Shown piece after piece: positions 1-11,551 of a stretch of 64,000 bases of DNA. Origin of the DNA: an uncultured Verrucomicrobiae bacterium (lineage in GTDB: Bacteria; Verrucomicrobiota; Verrucomicrobiia; Chthoniobacterales; Chthoniobacteraceae). Both the position numbers and the translations under genes were made by a program. The number at the start of each line of letters is the position of its first letter. Position 1 is the first letter of the stretch. The notes below the pieces were generated by a model that had not been told where the DNA came from, did not search any database, and worked only from the letters and a program-made list of their open reading frames with translations. The stretch is from contig CAVYKI010000002.1 in assembly GCA_963769025.1 (NCBI GenBank), positions 192,001 to 256,000 on the forward strand, written 5' to 3'.

Positions 1-34
1 CATTCTTTCCCTGAAATCGCTCCTGCTAGTCACT

Positions 35-607
35 TTGGCCGGAATCACTTTGTCGGTTTTTGCGCAAAGTCGGCGTGAAATCGATGGCGAGTGGGAGGCG
101 TCGAGGACGGTGCTTTGGGAGGCGCAGCGTGCAATGCGGCTTTTCGAGCGAGGGCGCCTCGAGGAGGCGAAGGTGGCATTCTCAAGGGTGCGTCTGGCGT
201 TCACACGCATTCTCGGGCCGCGCGATCCGGCGACGCTGAACTCGCGGAACAATGTCGCTGCGGTGCTCTACGCAATGGGCGATTACGCCGGAGCGGAGGC
301 TGCGAACCGTGCGGCGCTCGCGATGTGTGAGCGGTCGCTCGGGCGGTTGCACCCGGATTCGCTGGCTTCGCGGCGCAATCTCGCGGTGACGCTGATGAAT
401 GAGGGAAAACTGGAGGATGCGCTGGAGCATGCGCGGCGCGTCGAAGCGGGACGCCTGCGGATCTTCGGCGAGAACCACCCGCAATACGAGGATGCCGTGT
501 TGCTGAAGTCGTCCATCGAGGAAGCGATTCAGGACGGCAAGCGCGATGATGAGACTCCGCGCGGAGGACCGTCCGGTCTTGGGACAAGTTTGATCGGCGT
601 GTCGTAA
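35..607 (+). CDS. Tetratricopeptide-repeat protein (kinesin light chain-like repeats)
   Basis: ~42-aa repeats: LGPRDPATLNSRNNVA, LGRLHPDSLASRRNLA, FGENHP; TTG start is uncertain. Confidence 0.75.
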   Translation: MAGITLSVFAQSRREIDGEWEASRTVLWEAQRAMRLFERGRLEEAKVAFSRVRLAFTRILGPRDPATLNSRNNVAAVLYAMGDYAGAEAANRAALAMCERSLGRLHPDSLASRRNLAVTLMNEGKLEDALEHARRVEAGRLRIFGENHPQYEDAVLLKSSIEEAIQDGKRDDETPRGGPSGLGTSLIGVS

Positions 608-696
608 AATAGCGGAGGTTGCAGCGAACTCGGGAAAGCTGCTTGCGGGGGACCGCAGACGCGGCTAGGGTCGCGGCTCATTTTTCCAAGGCATCC

Positions 697-2543
697 ATGA
701 GCACATCCACGAATCCCGCGACACAAGCCCCTTCGAGCAAGGGCGAACTCGGCCCCACCATGACCGGAGCGGACATCCTGGTCGAGGCGCTGGAGCGCGA
801 AGGGGTGACGACGATTTTTGCGTATCCCGGCGGCGCGAGCATGGCGATGCACCAGGCGCTCACGCGCTCGAAAAAGATCCGCACGATTCTCCCGCGGCAT
901 GAGCAGGGCGGCGTGTTTGCGGCGGAAGGATACGCGCGTGCGACGGGCCGCGCGGGCGTGGTGATGGCGACTTCCGGTCCCGGTGCGACGAATCTCGTGA
1001 CGGGCATCGCGGATGCGTTTCTCGACTCGACGCCGCTGGTGGCGATCACCGGGCAGGTGCCGCAGCACATGATCGGCAAGGGCGCGTTTCAGGAGACGGA
1101 TGTGTTCGGCGTGACGGCGCCGATCGTGAAGCACAATTACCTCGTGACGGACATCCGCGATCTCGCCGCGCGTGGTGAAGGAGGCTTTCCACATCGCGCA
1201 GACGGGGCGCCCGGGGCCGGTGCTGATCGACATTCCGAAGAACATCCAGATGGGCACCTCGCAGCCGGTGTGGCCGACGGAGGTGAATCTCCGCGGCTAC
1301 AATCCCGACATCCGCGTGGGCGATGCGGAACTGAACGAACTCATCGGACTCATCTCGGCGGCGAAAAAGCCGATGCTCTACGTGGGCGGCGGAATCATCA
1401 GCGGCGAGGCGCACACGGAACTGCTGGAGTTTGCCGAGCGCACGCAGATCCCCGTGGCGACGACGCTCATGGGCGTGGGCTGCTTTCCGGAGACGCATCC
1501 GCTTTCGCTGAAGTGGCTCGGCATGCACGGCACGGTGTACGCGAACAACGCGGTGAACGAGGCGGACCTGCTGCTCGCGTTCGGCGTGCGTTTCGATGAC
1601 CGCGTGACGGGCAAGCTAGAGGCATTCTGCGCGCACGGCACGATCGTGCATCTCGAAATCGACAACGCCGAGATCAACAAGAACAAGGTGGTGAAGCTGC
1701 CGATGCTCGGCGGCGTGAAGGATGCGCTCACCCGCGCGAATGCGACTGCTCGCGAAGGCAGGCTATGAGCGGAAGAAGCCCGGCGACTACTCGCTCTACG
1801 CGCCGTGGCGCGCGCAGATCATGGAATGGAAGAAGGCGTTTCCTTTTTACTACGAGGACACGGAGGACGCGATCCAGCCGCAGTATGTGATCGAGCAACT
1901 CTACAAGCTGACGAAGGGCGAGGCGATCATCACGACCGGCGTGGGGCAGCACCAGATGTGGGCGGCGCAGTTTTACAATTTCGACAAGCCGCGCACGCTC
2001 ATCAGCAGCCTCGGCCTCGGCTCGATGGGCTACGGATACCCGAGCGCCATCGGCGCGAAAGTGGCGTGCCCGGACAAGGAAGTGATCGACATCGACGGCG
2101 ACGGCTCGTTCGTGATGAACATCCAGGAGCTCGCGTGCGCACGTGTCGAGGGCATCGCCGCAAAAGCGCTCGTGCTGAACAATCTTCACCTCGGCATGGT
2201 GGTGCAATGGGAGGATCGGTTCTTCAAATCGAACCGCGGGCACACGTTCCTCGGGACGTTTTCGGATGAAAAACGCGAGCAGCCGGACATGACGAAGATC
2301 TACCCGGATTTTCAGAAAATCTGCGAGGGCTTCGACATCCCGAGCAAGCGCGTTTCGCACAAGAAGGATCTCGCTGCTGCGATGGAGTGGTTCCTCGCGC
2401 AGAAGACGGCGTGTCTGCTGGAGGTGATGGTGCCGTATTCCGAACACGTGCTGCCGATGATCCCGGCCGGCGCGACGTACAAGGACATCATTTACAAGGA
2501 CAGCGAGCAGCGCCAGACACTGAAGCCCGGCAGCGGGCTGTAA
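697..2543 (+). CDS. ilvB: Acetolactate synthase large subunit; two apparent frameshifts (~1170, ~1740)
   Basis: [32 protein letters not shown] and the TPP motif GDGSF...LNN are spread over ORFs 619-1599, 1172-1768 and 1722-2543. Confidence 0.92.
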
Positions 2544-2563
2544 CAAATTCCCGCTAGTAAAAC

Positions 2564-2608
2564 CGGCAGCCACCGCTGGCATTTCGCTGGCGGTGGCTGC
2601 CGCATTTT
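2564..2608. terminator. Probable bidirectional intrinsic terminator
   Basis: Stem CGGCAGCCACCGC (2564-2576) / GCGGTGGCTGCCG (2590-2602), flanked by A and T runs, between convergent genes. Confidence 0.65.
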
Positions 2609-2622
2609 CGGGCGAAAATGGA

Positions 2623-3088
2623 TTAGGCGTGGGCGCTTTCACCGCGGGCTGCGCCGGCTTTTCCGGCGAGCATCGCGACGGCGATTACCGGCGGCACGAC
2701 CCAGAGGACGAAAGTGAGCGGCAACCAGGCGAGCGTGGGGAGGGCGGAGAAGCCGCCTTTTTTTCCAAACCATGCATCGAGCATCCCGAGCGCCCATGCT
2801 GCCGTGCCGATTCCGGCGGCGGCGAGCAGGCTCGTGCAGAACCCGAATGCAACGACGACAGCTTTCTTGAGCTCACCCCTGTGCACACGGGCCTTGAGGC
2901 GATCGAGTGTCACCCGCTTGAGTGCAAAATAGCCGCGCATCGGAAGTAACTCCAGACAGCACGGGCCACAGGAGCAGCGCGCAGACGACGAATGTGAGCG
3001 GACGCTCGGTGGCTGAGTGAAAACGGAAAATCAGCGTGAGGCAGACGAGCCAGGTGGCGGCGAAATGACCGGAGCAAAACCAGAACAT
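2623..3088 (-). CDS. Hypothetical membrane protein, probably one gene with a frameshift near 2950
   Basis: Two overlapping hydrophobic ORFs (2873-3088 and 2623-2940); no family recognised. Confidence 0.35.
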
Positions 3089-3195
3089 AAGAATGTAGGA
3101 TTGCGGTCAATCACAGCAACTATGGGGCCAGGGACGCGGCCGGAATCGCGGTGAGAAACGGCCCCCGCTCGGGCCGGAACGATACGGGCCGATCG

Positions 3196-3239
3196 GGGAA
3201 AATGAACGAGCCGACCCCTTTCGAGGTCGGCTCGTTCAT
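3196..3239 (-). terminator. Intrinsic terminator of the small Cys-rich gene
   Basis: Perfect 15-bp stem ATGAACGAGCCGACC (3202-3216) / GGTCGGCTCGTTCAT (3225-3239), followed by a T run on the minus strand ~30 nt after the stop at 3269. Confidence 0.75.
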
Positions 3240-3268
3240 GTCTTGGAATAACGGGCGAACCGGATCCC

Positions 3269-3442
3269 TTACTTAGGCTTGTTGCACTTCTCGCAGACCT
3301 TGCCGTCGGCTTTCGCCTTCACGCAGCACGGATGTGCGCAGTCCTTGCCGGCGGCCTTGGCCTTGTCGCAGCAGGACTCGGCACTGGCGTTGACGGTAGC
3401 GAGGGCGAAGATACCCGCGAGGAGGAGCTTGGTGATGTTCAT
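3269..3442 (-). CDS. 57-aa secreted Cys-rich peptide, metallothionein-like composition (not in the ORF track)
   Basis: Manual translation: MNITKLLLAGIFALATVNASA|ESCCDKAKAAGKDCAHPCCVKAKADGKVCEKCNKPK*; signal peptide with A-S-A site, mostly G/C third positions, own terminator. Confidence 0.85.
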   Translation of the reverse strand: MNITKLLLAGIFALATVNASAESCCDKAKAAGKDCAHPCCVKAKADGKVCEKCNKPK

Positions 3443-3574
3443 AGGACTTCACACGTAACGCCCGGTCATTTTGCGCGCAAGGATTTTTCCAGAAGCAGAA
3501 TTTTTTTCCCAAGGGCAAGGAACGGCTTGCAGTGTGGGGATTTCGACTGCGAAATGGCGGCTTTTTTAAGGGGC

Positions 3575-3592
3575 TTGTGAAATTTTTCACAA
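3575..3592. promoter_or_regulatory. Palindromic operator, Rex-type (also fits the CRP-family TGTGA-N6-TCACA motif)
   Basis: TTGTGAAATTTTTCACAA in the divergent intergenic region, ~110 bp upstream of actA. Confidence 0.7.
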
Positions 3593-3703
3593 AGTCCTTG
3601 CATCCATTTCGCGTTCTTCCCAATATTGCCGTCCTTCAACTGAAAACGTCTATCAGCCGACTCCCTTTGAAAACCGTCTGCATCCACTTCTGCGACTGAG
3701 GAT

Positions 3704-4379
3704 ATGCCACAGATTTTTCCTCGCGGCAGTAACTTTGTCCCTCTGAAAATCGCCATCGTCCTCGGGGCGTTGGCGACGGGGGCGTTCGGTGCGTTTTGGT
3801 ATTACTGGACGCCGAAGTACACGCGCGTCGGGTACCAGCCCGCGCAGCCGATTCCATTTTCCCACAAGATCCACGCAGGACAGCTCCAGATTGATTGCCG
3901 CTATTGCCACAGCTTTGTGGAGACGGCGTCGCATTCGAACATTCCCTCGGCGCAGGTCTGCATGAGCTGCCATTCGCAGGTGCAGAAGGACAACCCGAAG
4001 CTGGAGCCGCTCCGCAAGGCGTGGGAGACTGGCCAGCCGGTGAAGTGGGTGCAGATTCACAAGACGCCCGACTACGTGTATTTCAACCACGCGGTGCACA
4101 TCAACCGCGGCGTCTCGTGTGTGAGCTGCCACGGTCGCGTGGACCAGATGGACGAGGTTTACCATGCCGAATCGCACGCGATGAAATTCTGCCTCGACTG
4201 CCACCGCGCGCCGGAGAATGGGTTTGCGTCCTCTCGACAAGGTGACCGACTTGGGATGGACCGCGACGCCGAAGGGCAAGGAATCCAAGCAGCAGGCGCA
4301 GCTTGATCTGGGTAACGAACTTAAAAACCAGCGCGGAGTGAATCCCCCCGTCGCCAACTGTGCTGGGTGCCACCGATGA
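3704..4379 (+). CDS. actA: ACIII pentaheme cytochrome c subunit; frameshifted between ~4220 and 4340
   Basis: N-terminal TM, QPIPFSHKIH, CRYCH, CMSCH, CVSCH, CLDCH; fifth motif CAGCHR* at 4359-4379 in a shifted frame. Confidence 0.9.
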
Positions 4380-7300
4380 GCAAACGCATTCTCAATCACC
4401 CGCCCGAAACGCAGACCGGCCCGAAATACTGGCGCAGCCTCGGCCAGGTCGCGGACACACCGGAATTCAAGTCGTGGGTGAACCGCGAATTCCCCGAGGG
4501 AGCCTCGGAGGCGAACATCGAAACGAGCCGCCGCGGCTTCATGAAATACATGGCTGCGAGCGCCGCGCTCTCGGGCCTTTCGCTCAGCGCCTGTCGTCGG
4601 GAGGAAAAACAGCTCGTGCCGTTTTCGCGCGGCGTGGAGTGGAGTGTCCCGGGTAAGGCGCTTTTCTACGCGACATCGCGTCCTCACCGCCGTGGCGCAC
4701 AGCCGCTCGTCGTCGCGACGTACGACGGACGTCCGACGAAAGTGGAAGGCAATCCCTTTCACCCGGCGAGCAAGGGTGCGACGGACATTCACAGCCAGGC
4801 ATCGCTGCTTGATCTGTATGACCCGGATCGTTCGCGGCATTTCCGCCACGCTGGTGCCGAGGTGCAGGAAAAGGACTTTGTCGCCGCGCTGGAGGCGCTG
4901 GTAAAGGAGGCTGGGGATGGCAGTGGCGTTGCATTTCTCACCGAGCATTTCAATTCGCCGACCTTCCACCGCCTGAAGGATCAGGTCGCTGCGAAGTTGC
5001 CCAAGGCCCTCTGGGCTGACTACGAGCCGCTCGGCGGCGAGGAGGCCCGCAATGCACAGGAAGCGGCATTCGGACAGGGCATGCGTGCCGTGCCGAACCT
5101 CGAAAAGGCGGACGCGATTCTCGCGCTCGACTGCGATTTCCTCGGCTTTGATGAAGGCACGCTCGAAGGCATCCGCGCATTCTCGCAGCGGCGGTCGCCC
5201 GAGCAGAAGATGAACCGCCTTTACGTCGTCGAGAACCGCTACACGGTCACCGGCGGCATGGCGGATCACCGGCTGCGCGTGCAGGCGAGCGCGGTCGGCG
5301 CCGTTGCGCGGCAGCTTGCCGAGCACATCGCGAACAAGACCGGCGACGCATCGCTGAAGTCGGTGGTCGCGAAATTCCCGGCGGCTTCCCCTTTCACCGC
5401 GACGCAGGGGAAATGGATCACCGAGACGGCGGAGGATCTCATTGCAAAGAAGGGTGCGGCGCTCGTGCTGGTTGGCTACCGACAGCCGGCGGTCGTGCAG
5501 GCGCTCGTGCATGCGATGAATGCGGCGCTCGGCGCGCTGGGGAACACGGTTTCGGGGAGGAAGAGTTCGCGCAAGCCGGGTTCGAACATCGGTGATTTGT
5601 CGAAGGCCATCGCGGCCGGGAACGTCAAGACCCTCTTCATCCTCGGCGGAAATCCCGCGTTCAACGCACCGGCGAATCTGAAATTTGGCAGGCTCCTGCA
5701 GAACGTGAAGACCGTGATTCGCCACGGAATCTACGAGGATGAGACGAGCGTCTCGGTGGATGAGGACGGCAACTCGCGGTGGGTGAAGTGGCACGTCCCG
5801 GCGGCGCATTACCTCGAAGCATGGGGCGACGGACGCGCGACCGACGGCAGCCTCGTCTCGCAGCAGCCGATGATTCTCCCGCTCCACGGCGGATGGTCGG
5901 AGATTCAGTTGCTCAATTTCATCGCCACCGGGAAGCTGAGCGACGGGCTCGAACTCGTGCAGGCGACGTTTAAGGAAGTCGCGCGCGGGATCGACACGGA
6001 GTCGTGGGCGAAATTCCTGCATGACGGATTCCTCGCGGGCAGCCAGGCCGGGCGCGAGCCGCTCAGCTTCAATGCTGCACCGGTCGCGGAGCTTGCCGCG
6101 ACGTTCCATCCCGGCACGGGAATGGAAGTCGTCTTCGTGCCTTGCGCGAAGGTGGATGATGGCCGCTATGCGAACAACGGCTGGATCCAGGAATTGCCGG
6201 ACCCGGTCACGAAGGTCACATGGGACAACGTCGCGATGATCAGCCCCGCGACGGCGAGGGAACTCGGACTTGAGGCGAAGCAGGGGAATGGCGCATTTGT
6301 TTTCGACAACGGCGCATGGCTTGGCATCGACGTGAATGGGGGAACGCTGGAAATCCCGGCGCTCATCATTCCGGGTCACGCGGATAACAGCATCACGATC
6401 GCCGTCGGCTACGGCCGCACATTCGCGGGCCGCGTCGGCGGACGCGAGGGCAACTACATGTCGCACGGCGGGCTTTTCGCCGAGTACACGGGCGTCGGTT
6501 TCAACGCCTATAAGCTGCGGACCTCGGCTGCGCCCTACATCGCGACCGGCGCGAAGGTTCGCACGATCGACCGCAAGGCGTATCCCGTCGCCATCACTCA
6601 GGAACACGGCGCGCTCGAAGGCCGCGGTGCGGACGTCATTCGCGAGGCCACGGCGGAAACGCACAAGCACGAGCCGGGCTTCGCAAAGGACGAGCACTGG
6701 CTGCATGAGCGGGGCGCGCTGGATGCCCACGCGGAACGGCGGGACAAGAAGGGCTACCCGGTTCCTAACAGCGCCTACTCGCATCCCGAACTGACCGATA
6801 AGGATCATCAGTGGGGGATGGCAATGGACCTGAGCATCTGCACCGGCTGCTCGGCGTGCATGATCGCGTGCCAGAGCGAAAACAACATCCCGGTCGTCGG
6901 TAAGGAACAGGTCATCGAAGGCCGCGAAATGCACTGGATCCGCATGGACCGCTATTTCGTGAGCGACATGAACACGCGGGACAAGACGCTGGACATCGCC
7001 GAACCGCGCATGGTCATGCAGCCGATGCCCTGCCAGCACTGCGAAAACGCACCGTGCGAGACTGTCTGCCCGGTAAACGCAACCGCCCACAGCGACGACG
7101 GTCTGAACGTGATGGCCTACAACCGCTGCATCGGCACGCGGTATTGCGCGAACAACTGCCCCTTCAAGGTCCGCCGCTTCAACTTCTTCGACTTCAACGA
7201 GCGCCAGAAGGACAAATACTTCCGCTGGAATCTCATCAACGAGAAGGGCATGGCCGACACGCTCAAGCTCTCGAAGAATCCGAACGTCACCGTCCGCATG

Positions 7301-7645
7301 CGCGGCGTGATGGAAAAATGCACGTTCTGCGTGCAGCGTATCCAGGAGGCGAAGATCGCCGGCAAGGTGAAGGCGAAGGACACGAACAAGGTGCAGGTGC
7401 CCACCGACAGCTTCCAGACCGCGTGCCAGCAGGTGTGCCCGACGAACGCCATCGTCTTCGGCAACCTCAAGGATCCAAAGAGTGCCGTGAACAAGACGAA
7501 GGACAACCCGCGCGACTACCGCCTGTTCGACTACATCGGCGTGAATGCGCGCGTGAGCTACCTCGCCCGCGTGATGAACCCGAACCCGAAGATGCCCGAC
7601 GTCCCGAAGGACGGCGTGACCCATAAGGAAGGAGGGCACGCCTGA
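4376..7645 (+). CDS. actB: ACIII subunit B (molybdopterin-oxidoreductase-like domain plus Fe-S domain), Tat lipoprotein
   Basis: YWRSL...REF, SRRGFMK plus LSAC lipobox, [10 protein letters not shown], Cys motifs [41 protein letters not shown]. Confidence 0.95.
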   Translation: MSKRILNHPPETQTGPKYWRSLGQVADTPEFKSWVNREFPEGASEANIETSRRGFMKYMAASAALSGLSLSACRREEKQLVPFSRGVEWSVPGKALFYATSRPHRRGAQPLVVATYDGRPTKVEGNPFHPASKGATDIHSQASLLDLYDPDRSRHFRHAGAEVQEKDFVAALEALVKEAGDGSGVAFLTEHFNSPTFHRLKDQVAAKLPKALWADYEPLGGEEARNAQEAAFGQGMRAVPNLEKADAILALDCDFLGFDEGTLEGIRAFSQRRSPEQKMNRLYVVENRYTVTGGMADHRLRVQASAVGAVARQLAEHIANKTGDASLKSVVAKFPAASPFTATQGKWITETAEDLIAKKGAALVLVGYRQPAVVQALVHAMNAALGALGNTVSGRKSSRKPGSNIGDLSKAIAAGNVKTLFILGGNPAFNAPANLKFGRLLQNVKTVIRHGIYEDETSVSVDEDGNSRWVKWHVPAAHYLEAWGDGRATDGSLVSQQPMILPLHGGWSEIQLLNFIATGKLSDGLELVQATFKEVARGIDTESWAKFLHDGFLAGSQAGREPLSFNAAPVAELAATFHPGTGMEVVFVPCAKVDDGRYANNGWIQELPDPVTKVTWDNVAMISPATARELGLEAKQGNGAFVFDNGAWLGIDVNGGTLEIPALIIPGHADNSITIAVGYGRTFAGRVGGREGNYMSHGGLFAEYTGVGFNAYKLRTSAAPYIATGAKVRTIDRKAYPVAITQEHGALEGRGADVIREATAETHKHEPGFAKDEHWLHERGALDAHAERRDKKGYPVPNSAYSHPELTDKDHQWGMAMDLSICTGCSACMIACQSENNIPVVGKEQVIEGREMHWIRMDRYFVSDMNTRDKTLDIAEPRMVMQPMPCQHCENAPCETVCPVNATAHSDDGLNVMAYNRCIGTRYCANNCPFKVRRFNFFDFNERQKDKYFRWNLINEKGMADTLKLSKNPNVTVRMRGVMEKCTFCVQRIQEAKIAGKVKAKDTNKVQVPTDSFQTACQQVCPTNAIVFGNLKDPKSAVNKTKDNPRDYRLFDYIGVNARVSYLARVMNPNPKMPDVPKDGVTHKEGGHA

Positions 7646-9105
7646 TGTCCGACACCATCCATGAATCCGAAGACGGCGTGGTGCGCCTCTATTGCCCGCC
7701 GGAACTCCGCCGCGAACCGCTCGTCACCAACGATCGCAGCTTCAACTGGATCACCGAAAAGGTCTCCGTCATCTGCGAGGAAAAGACCCGCGCGTGGTGG
7801 TGGATTGCGTTCCTCATTTTCAGCCCCATCGCACTCCTCGTGCCGACGCTGCTCGGCTATCAGGTTTCCAACGGTGTCGGCGTCTGGGGTGAAAACCAGC
7901 CGTTTGGCTGGGCGTGGGACATCACGAACTTCGTCTTCTGGATCGGCATCGGCCACGCCGGAACGCTGATCTCGGCGATCCTTTTCCTCACGCGCCAGAA
8001 ATGGCGCACGTCCATCAACCGCGCCTCCGAGGCGATGACGCTCTTCGCCGTGATGTGCGCCGGTCTCTATCCCGGCTTCCACGTCGGTCGCGTGTGGAAG
8101 GCGTGGTACCTTTTCCCGATCCCGAACTGGAACGGGCTCTGGCAAAACTACCGTTCGCCGCTGCTGTGGGACGTGTTCGCAGTCTCGACGTATTTCACGG
8201 TGTCCGTGCTGTTCTGGTACGTCGGCCTCATCCCCGACCTCGCCACGCTCCGCGACCGTGCGAAATCGAAAATCAAACAGTGGGCCTACGGCATCGCAGC
8301 CGTCGGCTGGCGCGGCGGCAACCGCCACTGGCAGCACTACGAGATGGCCTACATGGTCCTCGCCGGCCTCTCGACGCCGCTGGTGCTCTCGGTTCACTCC
8401 ATCGTCTCCTTCGACTTCGCCACGTCGATCGTCCCCGGCTGGCACACGACGATTTTCCCGCCCTACTTCGTCGCGGGCGCAGTCTTCGGCGGCTTTGCAA
8501 TGGTGCTCACGCTCATGCTTCCCGCGCGGCTTTTGTATCCGCAGCTCGATGACATGGTGACGCGGAACCACGTGGACAAGATGGCGAAGATCATCCTGCT
8601 CACCGGTTCCATCGTCGGCTACGCCTACCTGATGGAGCTTTTCATCGCGCTCGTGTATTCCGGGCACTTCTACGAATACAACGCCTTCTACAACCGCGCG
8701 ACCGGCTGGTATGCCTGGCACTACTTCGCGATGATGTTCTGCAACGTCATCACGCCGCAGATTTTCTGGTTCAAGTCGATGCGTCGGAATTACATCGTCG
8801 TATTCATCGCCTGCCAGTTCGTGAATGCGGGCATGTGGTATGAGCGCTTCGTCATCATCGGCACCACGCTTGCGCAGGACTTCCTGCCATCGTCGTGGGG
8901 ACATTACACTCCGTCGTGGGTCGAGGTGTTCACGTTCATCGGCACGTTTGGATTCTTCATCACGGCGTTCCTGCTCTTCATGCGCTTCCTGCCGATGATT
9001 TGCGCCTTTGAGGTGAAGGCCGTGACGCCAGCCGCCGACCCGCACCATGATCCGAAGGGCGGACACGGGGGCCCAGAGCCGAAGGAGGCGGCGCTCACTC
9101 ACTAG
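7645..9105 (+). CDS. actC: ACIII NrfD-like quinol-oxidising membrane subunit
   Basis: [51 protein letters not shown]. Confidence 0.95.
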   Translation: MSDTIHESEDGVVRLYCPPELRREPLVTNDRSFNWITEKVSVICEEKTRAWWWIAFLIFSPIALLVPTLLGYQVSNGVGVWGENQPFGWAWDITNFVFWIGIGHAGTLISAILFLTRQKWRTSINRASEAMTLFAVMCAGLYPGFHVGRVWKAWYLFPIPNWNGLWQNYRSPLLWDVFAVSTYFTVSVLFWYVGLIPDLATLRDRAKSKIKQWAYGIAAVGWRGGNRHWQHYEMAYMVLAGLSTPLVLSVHSIVSFDFATSIVPGWHTTIFPPYFVAGAVFGGFAMVLTLMLPARLLYPQLDDMVTRNHVDKMAKIILLTGSIVGYAYLMELFIALVYSGHFYEYNAFYNRATGWYAWHYFAMMFCNVITPQIFWFKSMRRNYIVVFIACQFVNAGMWYERFVIIGTTLAQDFLPSSWGHYTPSWVEVFTFIGTFGFFITAFLLFMRFLPMICAFEVKAVTPAADPHHDPKGGHGGPEPKEAALTH

Positions 9106-9107
9106 CC

Positions 9108-9674
9108 ATGACTGAATCCTTCAAGCGCCTTTTTGCCGTCGGGGCCGAGTTCGACAGCCCTCACGCGCTCTACCACGCGGCGGAAAAAGTCCGCGACGCC
9201 GGCTACACGGTCTGGGACTGCCATTCGCCCTTCCCGGTCCACGGATTGGACAAGGCCATGGGCCTGAAAAAATCCTGGCTTAGCGCATTCATCTTTGTGT
9301 GCGGCTTCACGGGTTTCGTCACCGGACTGGCGCTGGTGACGATTACCAGCTTCGGAATCTATCCGATCATCGTGAACGGCAAACCGACAGACTGGGCAAA
9401 CGGACTTCGCGCGCTGCAGTTCTTCTTCCCGGTGATGTATGAGCTGACGATTCTCTTCGCCGCCTTCGGTGCGACCTTCGGCATGATTTTGCGCAACGGC
9501 CTGCCGCGGCTGCATCATCCGCTCTTCAACTGGAGCCGGTTCTCGAAAGTCACCGACGACAAGTTCTTCATCATCATCGAGGCGCGCGACCCGTTGTTTT
9601 CCGACGCGAAGACGAAGGCGCTCCTGAGCGAAGTCGGCGGCAAACACGTAACGGAGGTCTTCGACCACGACTAG
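9108..9674 (+). CDS. actD: ACIII subunit D (DUF3341)
   Basis: SPFPVHGLD, YPIIVNGKP, PVMYELTILFAA, TDDKFFI; operon position. Confidence 0.92.
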   Translation: MTESFKRLFAVGAEFDSPHALYHAAEKVRDAGYTVWDCHSPFPVHGLDKAMGLKKSWLSAFIFVCGFTGFVTGLALVTITSFGIYPIIVNGKPTDWANGLRALQFFFPVMYELTILFAAFGATFGMILRNGLPRLHHPLFNWSRFSKVTDDKFFIIIEARDPLFSDAKTKALLSEVGGKHVTEVFDHD

Positions 9675-9677
9675 GCC

Positions 9678-10367
9678 ATGCTGAAAGTATCCTTTGGAAT
9701 CATCATCATCCTTGCAGTCATCGGCATCGGCCTGGCCGGCTTCCGTGGCGACAAGATGAGCCACACGCCGGTCGAGTGGTTCAACGACATGGCCCACCAG
9801 CCCAAGTACGAGGCGCAGCACCGCAGCGGATTTTTCAACGACACCCGCGCCGCCCGGTTGCCTGTCGCCGGCACCGTGCCGATGGGCTTCAATCTTCCCG
9901 GCCGCTATTTCCAGACCGAGGGGGACAATCTCGTGAACGGCTCGGGCGGCTTTTCGAACCGGCCGGACTATTACAACACCGGCCGCATGGGCGACGTGTA
10001 TGGCGACGGCATCCCGGACAAGCTCGCCGCACGCGGCGCGGAACTCCTCGCCCGCGGCCACCAGCGCTACGACATTTACTGCACGATTTGCCACGGCGCG
10101 GCGGGGCAGGGGAATGGCGTCATCAAGAGCTTCGGCCTCGTCACCGTGCGCCCGCTCATCGATGAGCTGCTTCGCGCACAGCCCGACGGGCAGATTTACA
10201 ACACCATCGTCCACGGGAAAAACACCATGGGCGCCTATGGCCCGGTCATTTCGGTCGAGGATCGCTGGGCGATCGTGGCCTACGTGCGCGCATTGCAGCA
10301 GGCTGCGGGCGGAAAACTCGCGGACCTCCCCGAGGCCGAGCGAAAGAAACTTCAGGAGCAGAAATGA
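9678..10367 (+). CDS. actE: ACIII monoheme cytochrome c subunit E
   Basis: DMAHQPKYEAQ, PVAGTV, CTICHG, NTMGAY, DRWAIVAYVRALQ. Confidence 0.92.
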   Translation: MLKVSFGIIIILAVIGIGLAGFRGDKMSHTPVEWFNDMAHQPKYEAQHRSGFFNDTRAARLPVAGTVPMGFNLPGRYFQTEGDNLVNGSGGFSNRPDYYNTGRMGDVYGDGIPDKLAARGAELLARGHQRYDIYCTICHGAAGQGNGVIKSFGLVTVRPLIDELLRAQPDGQIYNTIVHGKNTMGAYGPVISVEDRWAIVAYVRALQQAAGGKLADLPEAERKKLQEQK

Positions 10368-11550
10368 GCCATCCCATTCACATCCCGCAGGCCGAGCAGT
10401 TTGACGCAAAGAAGGGCGTCCAGCTCAAGAACGCCTTCCTTGGGGCGGCCGTGATCGGACTGACAGGCGCGGCGGTGACCTTTTTCGCCAACCGCGCGCT
10501 CTTCGCCCACGTGTGGCTGTTCGCCTTCATGTATTTCTTCACGGTGCTGTGCGGCTGTTTCTTCTGGAACTGCCTGCATCACGCGACCGACTCGGAGTGG
10601 TCGGTGGTGATCCGTCGCCAGATCGAGAACCTCTCGTCGCTCCTGCGCTACATCGCGATCTTCTTCATCCCGATCGCGCTGAGCGTGGCCATCCTTTACG
10701 CGTGGTTTCACCGCCGCCGCTGTGATGCCCGCCAGCAAGGCGCTCTACCTGAACAAGCCGTTCTTCTGGGCCCGGGCCGTCGCATTCTTCGCCCTGCTAT
10801 TCCTCCTGTCGCGCATCCTGCGCAACCGCAGCATGGCGCAGGACAAGGACGGCGCATCGGCACACACTTTCACGATGCGGAAGTTCGCGATCGCCGGCAT
10901 CCCGACGCTCGCGATCTGCCTGACGTTCTGCGGGCATCGACTGGCTCAAGGCCCTCAATTACCACTGGTTCTCGACGATGTGGGGCGTCTACCTCTTCGC
11001 GGGCGCGGCCGGCGCTTCGATGTCGCTCATCGTGCTCACCGTGTCGTGGCTGAAAAAACTCGGCTACCTGAAGGTCGTCACCGCCGAGCACTATCACGTG
11101 ATGGGCAAGTTCATGCTGACGTTCACCGTCTTCTGGGCCTACATCGGCTTCTCGCAATACATGCTCATCACCTACGCGAACCTGGATGAGGAGACGATTT
11201 ACTTCCGCGTCCGCAATACCGCCGGCTGGAATTACGTGAGCCATTTCCTCGTCTTCGGGCGTTTCTTCTTCATGTTCGTCCCGCTGCTCTTCCAAGGCAC
11301 GAAGAAGTCGAAGCTCATCAACTACTGCGCCGCGTGGATTCTTTTCATGCAGTTCGTGGACATCTACCTCATCGTGATTCCCGAGTGGAGCCCGGTCGGA
11401 TTCTCGTTTCGCGCATTGCTCGCCTCGATATTCCCGTGGCTCGGAATCGGCGGCTGCCTGGGACTGCTCTTCCTGAAGACCATCGGGCAAGGCTACCTTT
11501 TCCCGACGAAGGATCCCCGCCTCGCCGAGTCGCTGAAACTTACCAACTGA
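10364..11550 (+). CDS. actF: ACIII membrane subunit F; frameshifts near ~10715 and ~10930
   Basis: WSVVIRRQIE, KALYLNKPFF, HWFSTMWG, FWAYIGFSQYMLITYANLDEE, PTKDPRL across three frames. Confidence 0.88.
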
Positions 11551-11551
11551 C

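Noticed and set aside
3653..7639. 1328-aa antisense ORF and other long overlapping ORFs
   Set aside because: Shadow ORFs opposite high-GC genes, with no recognisable motifs.
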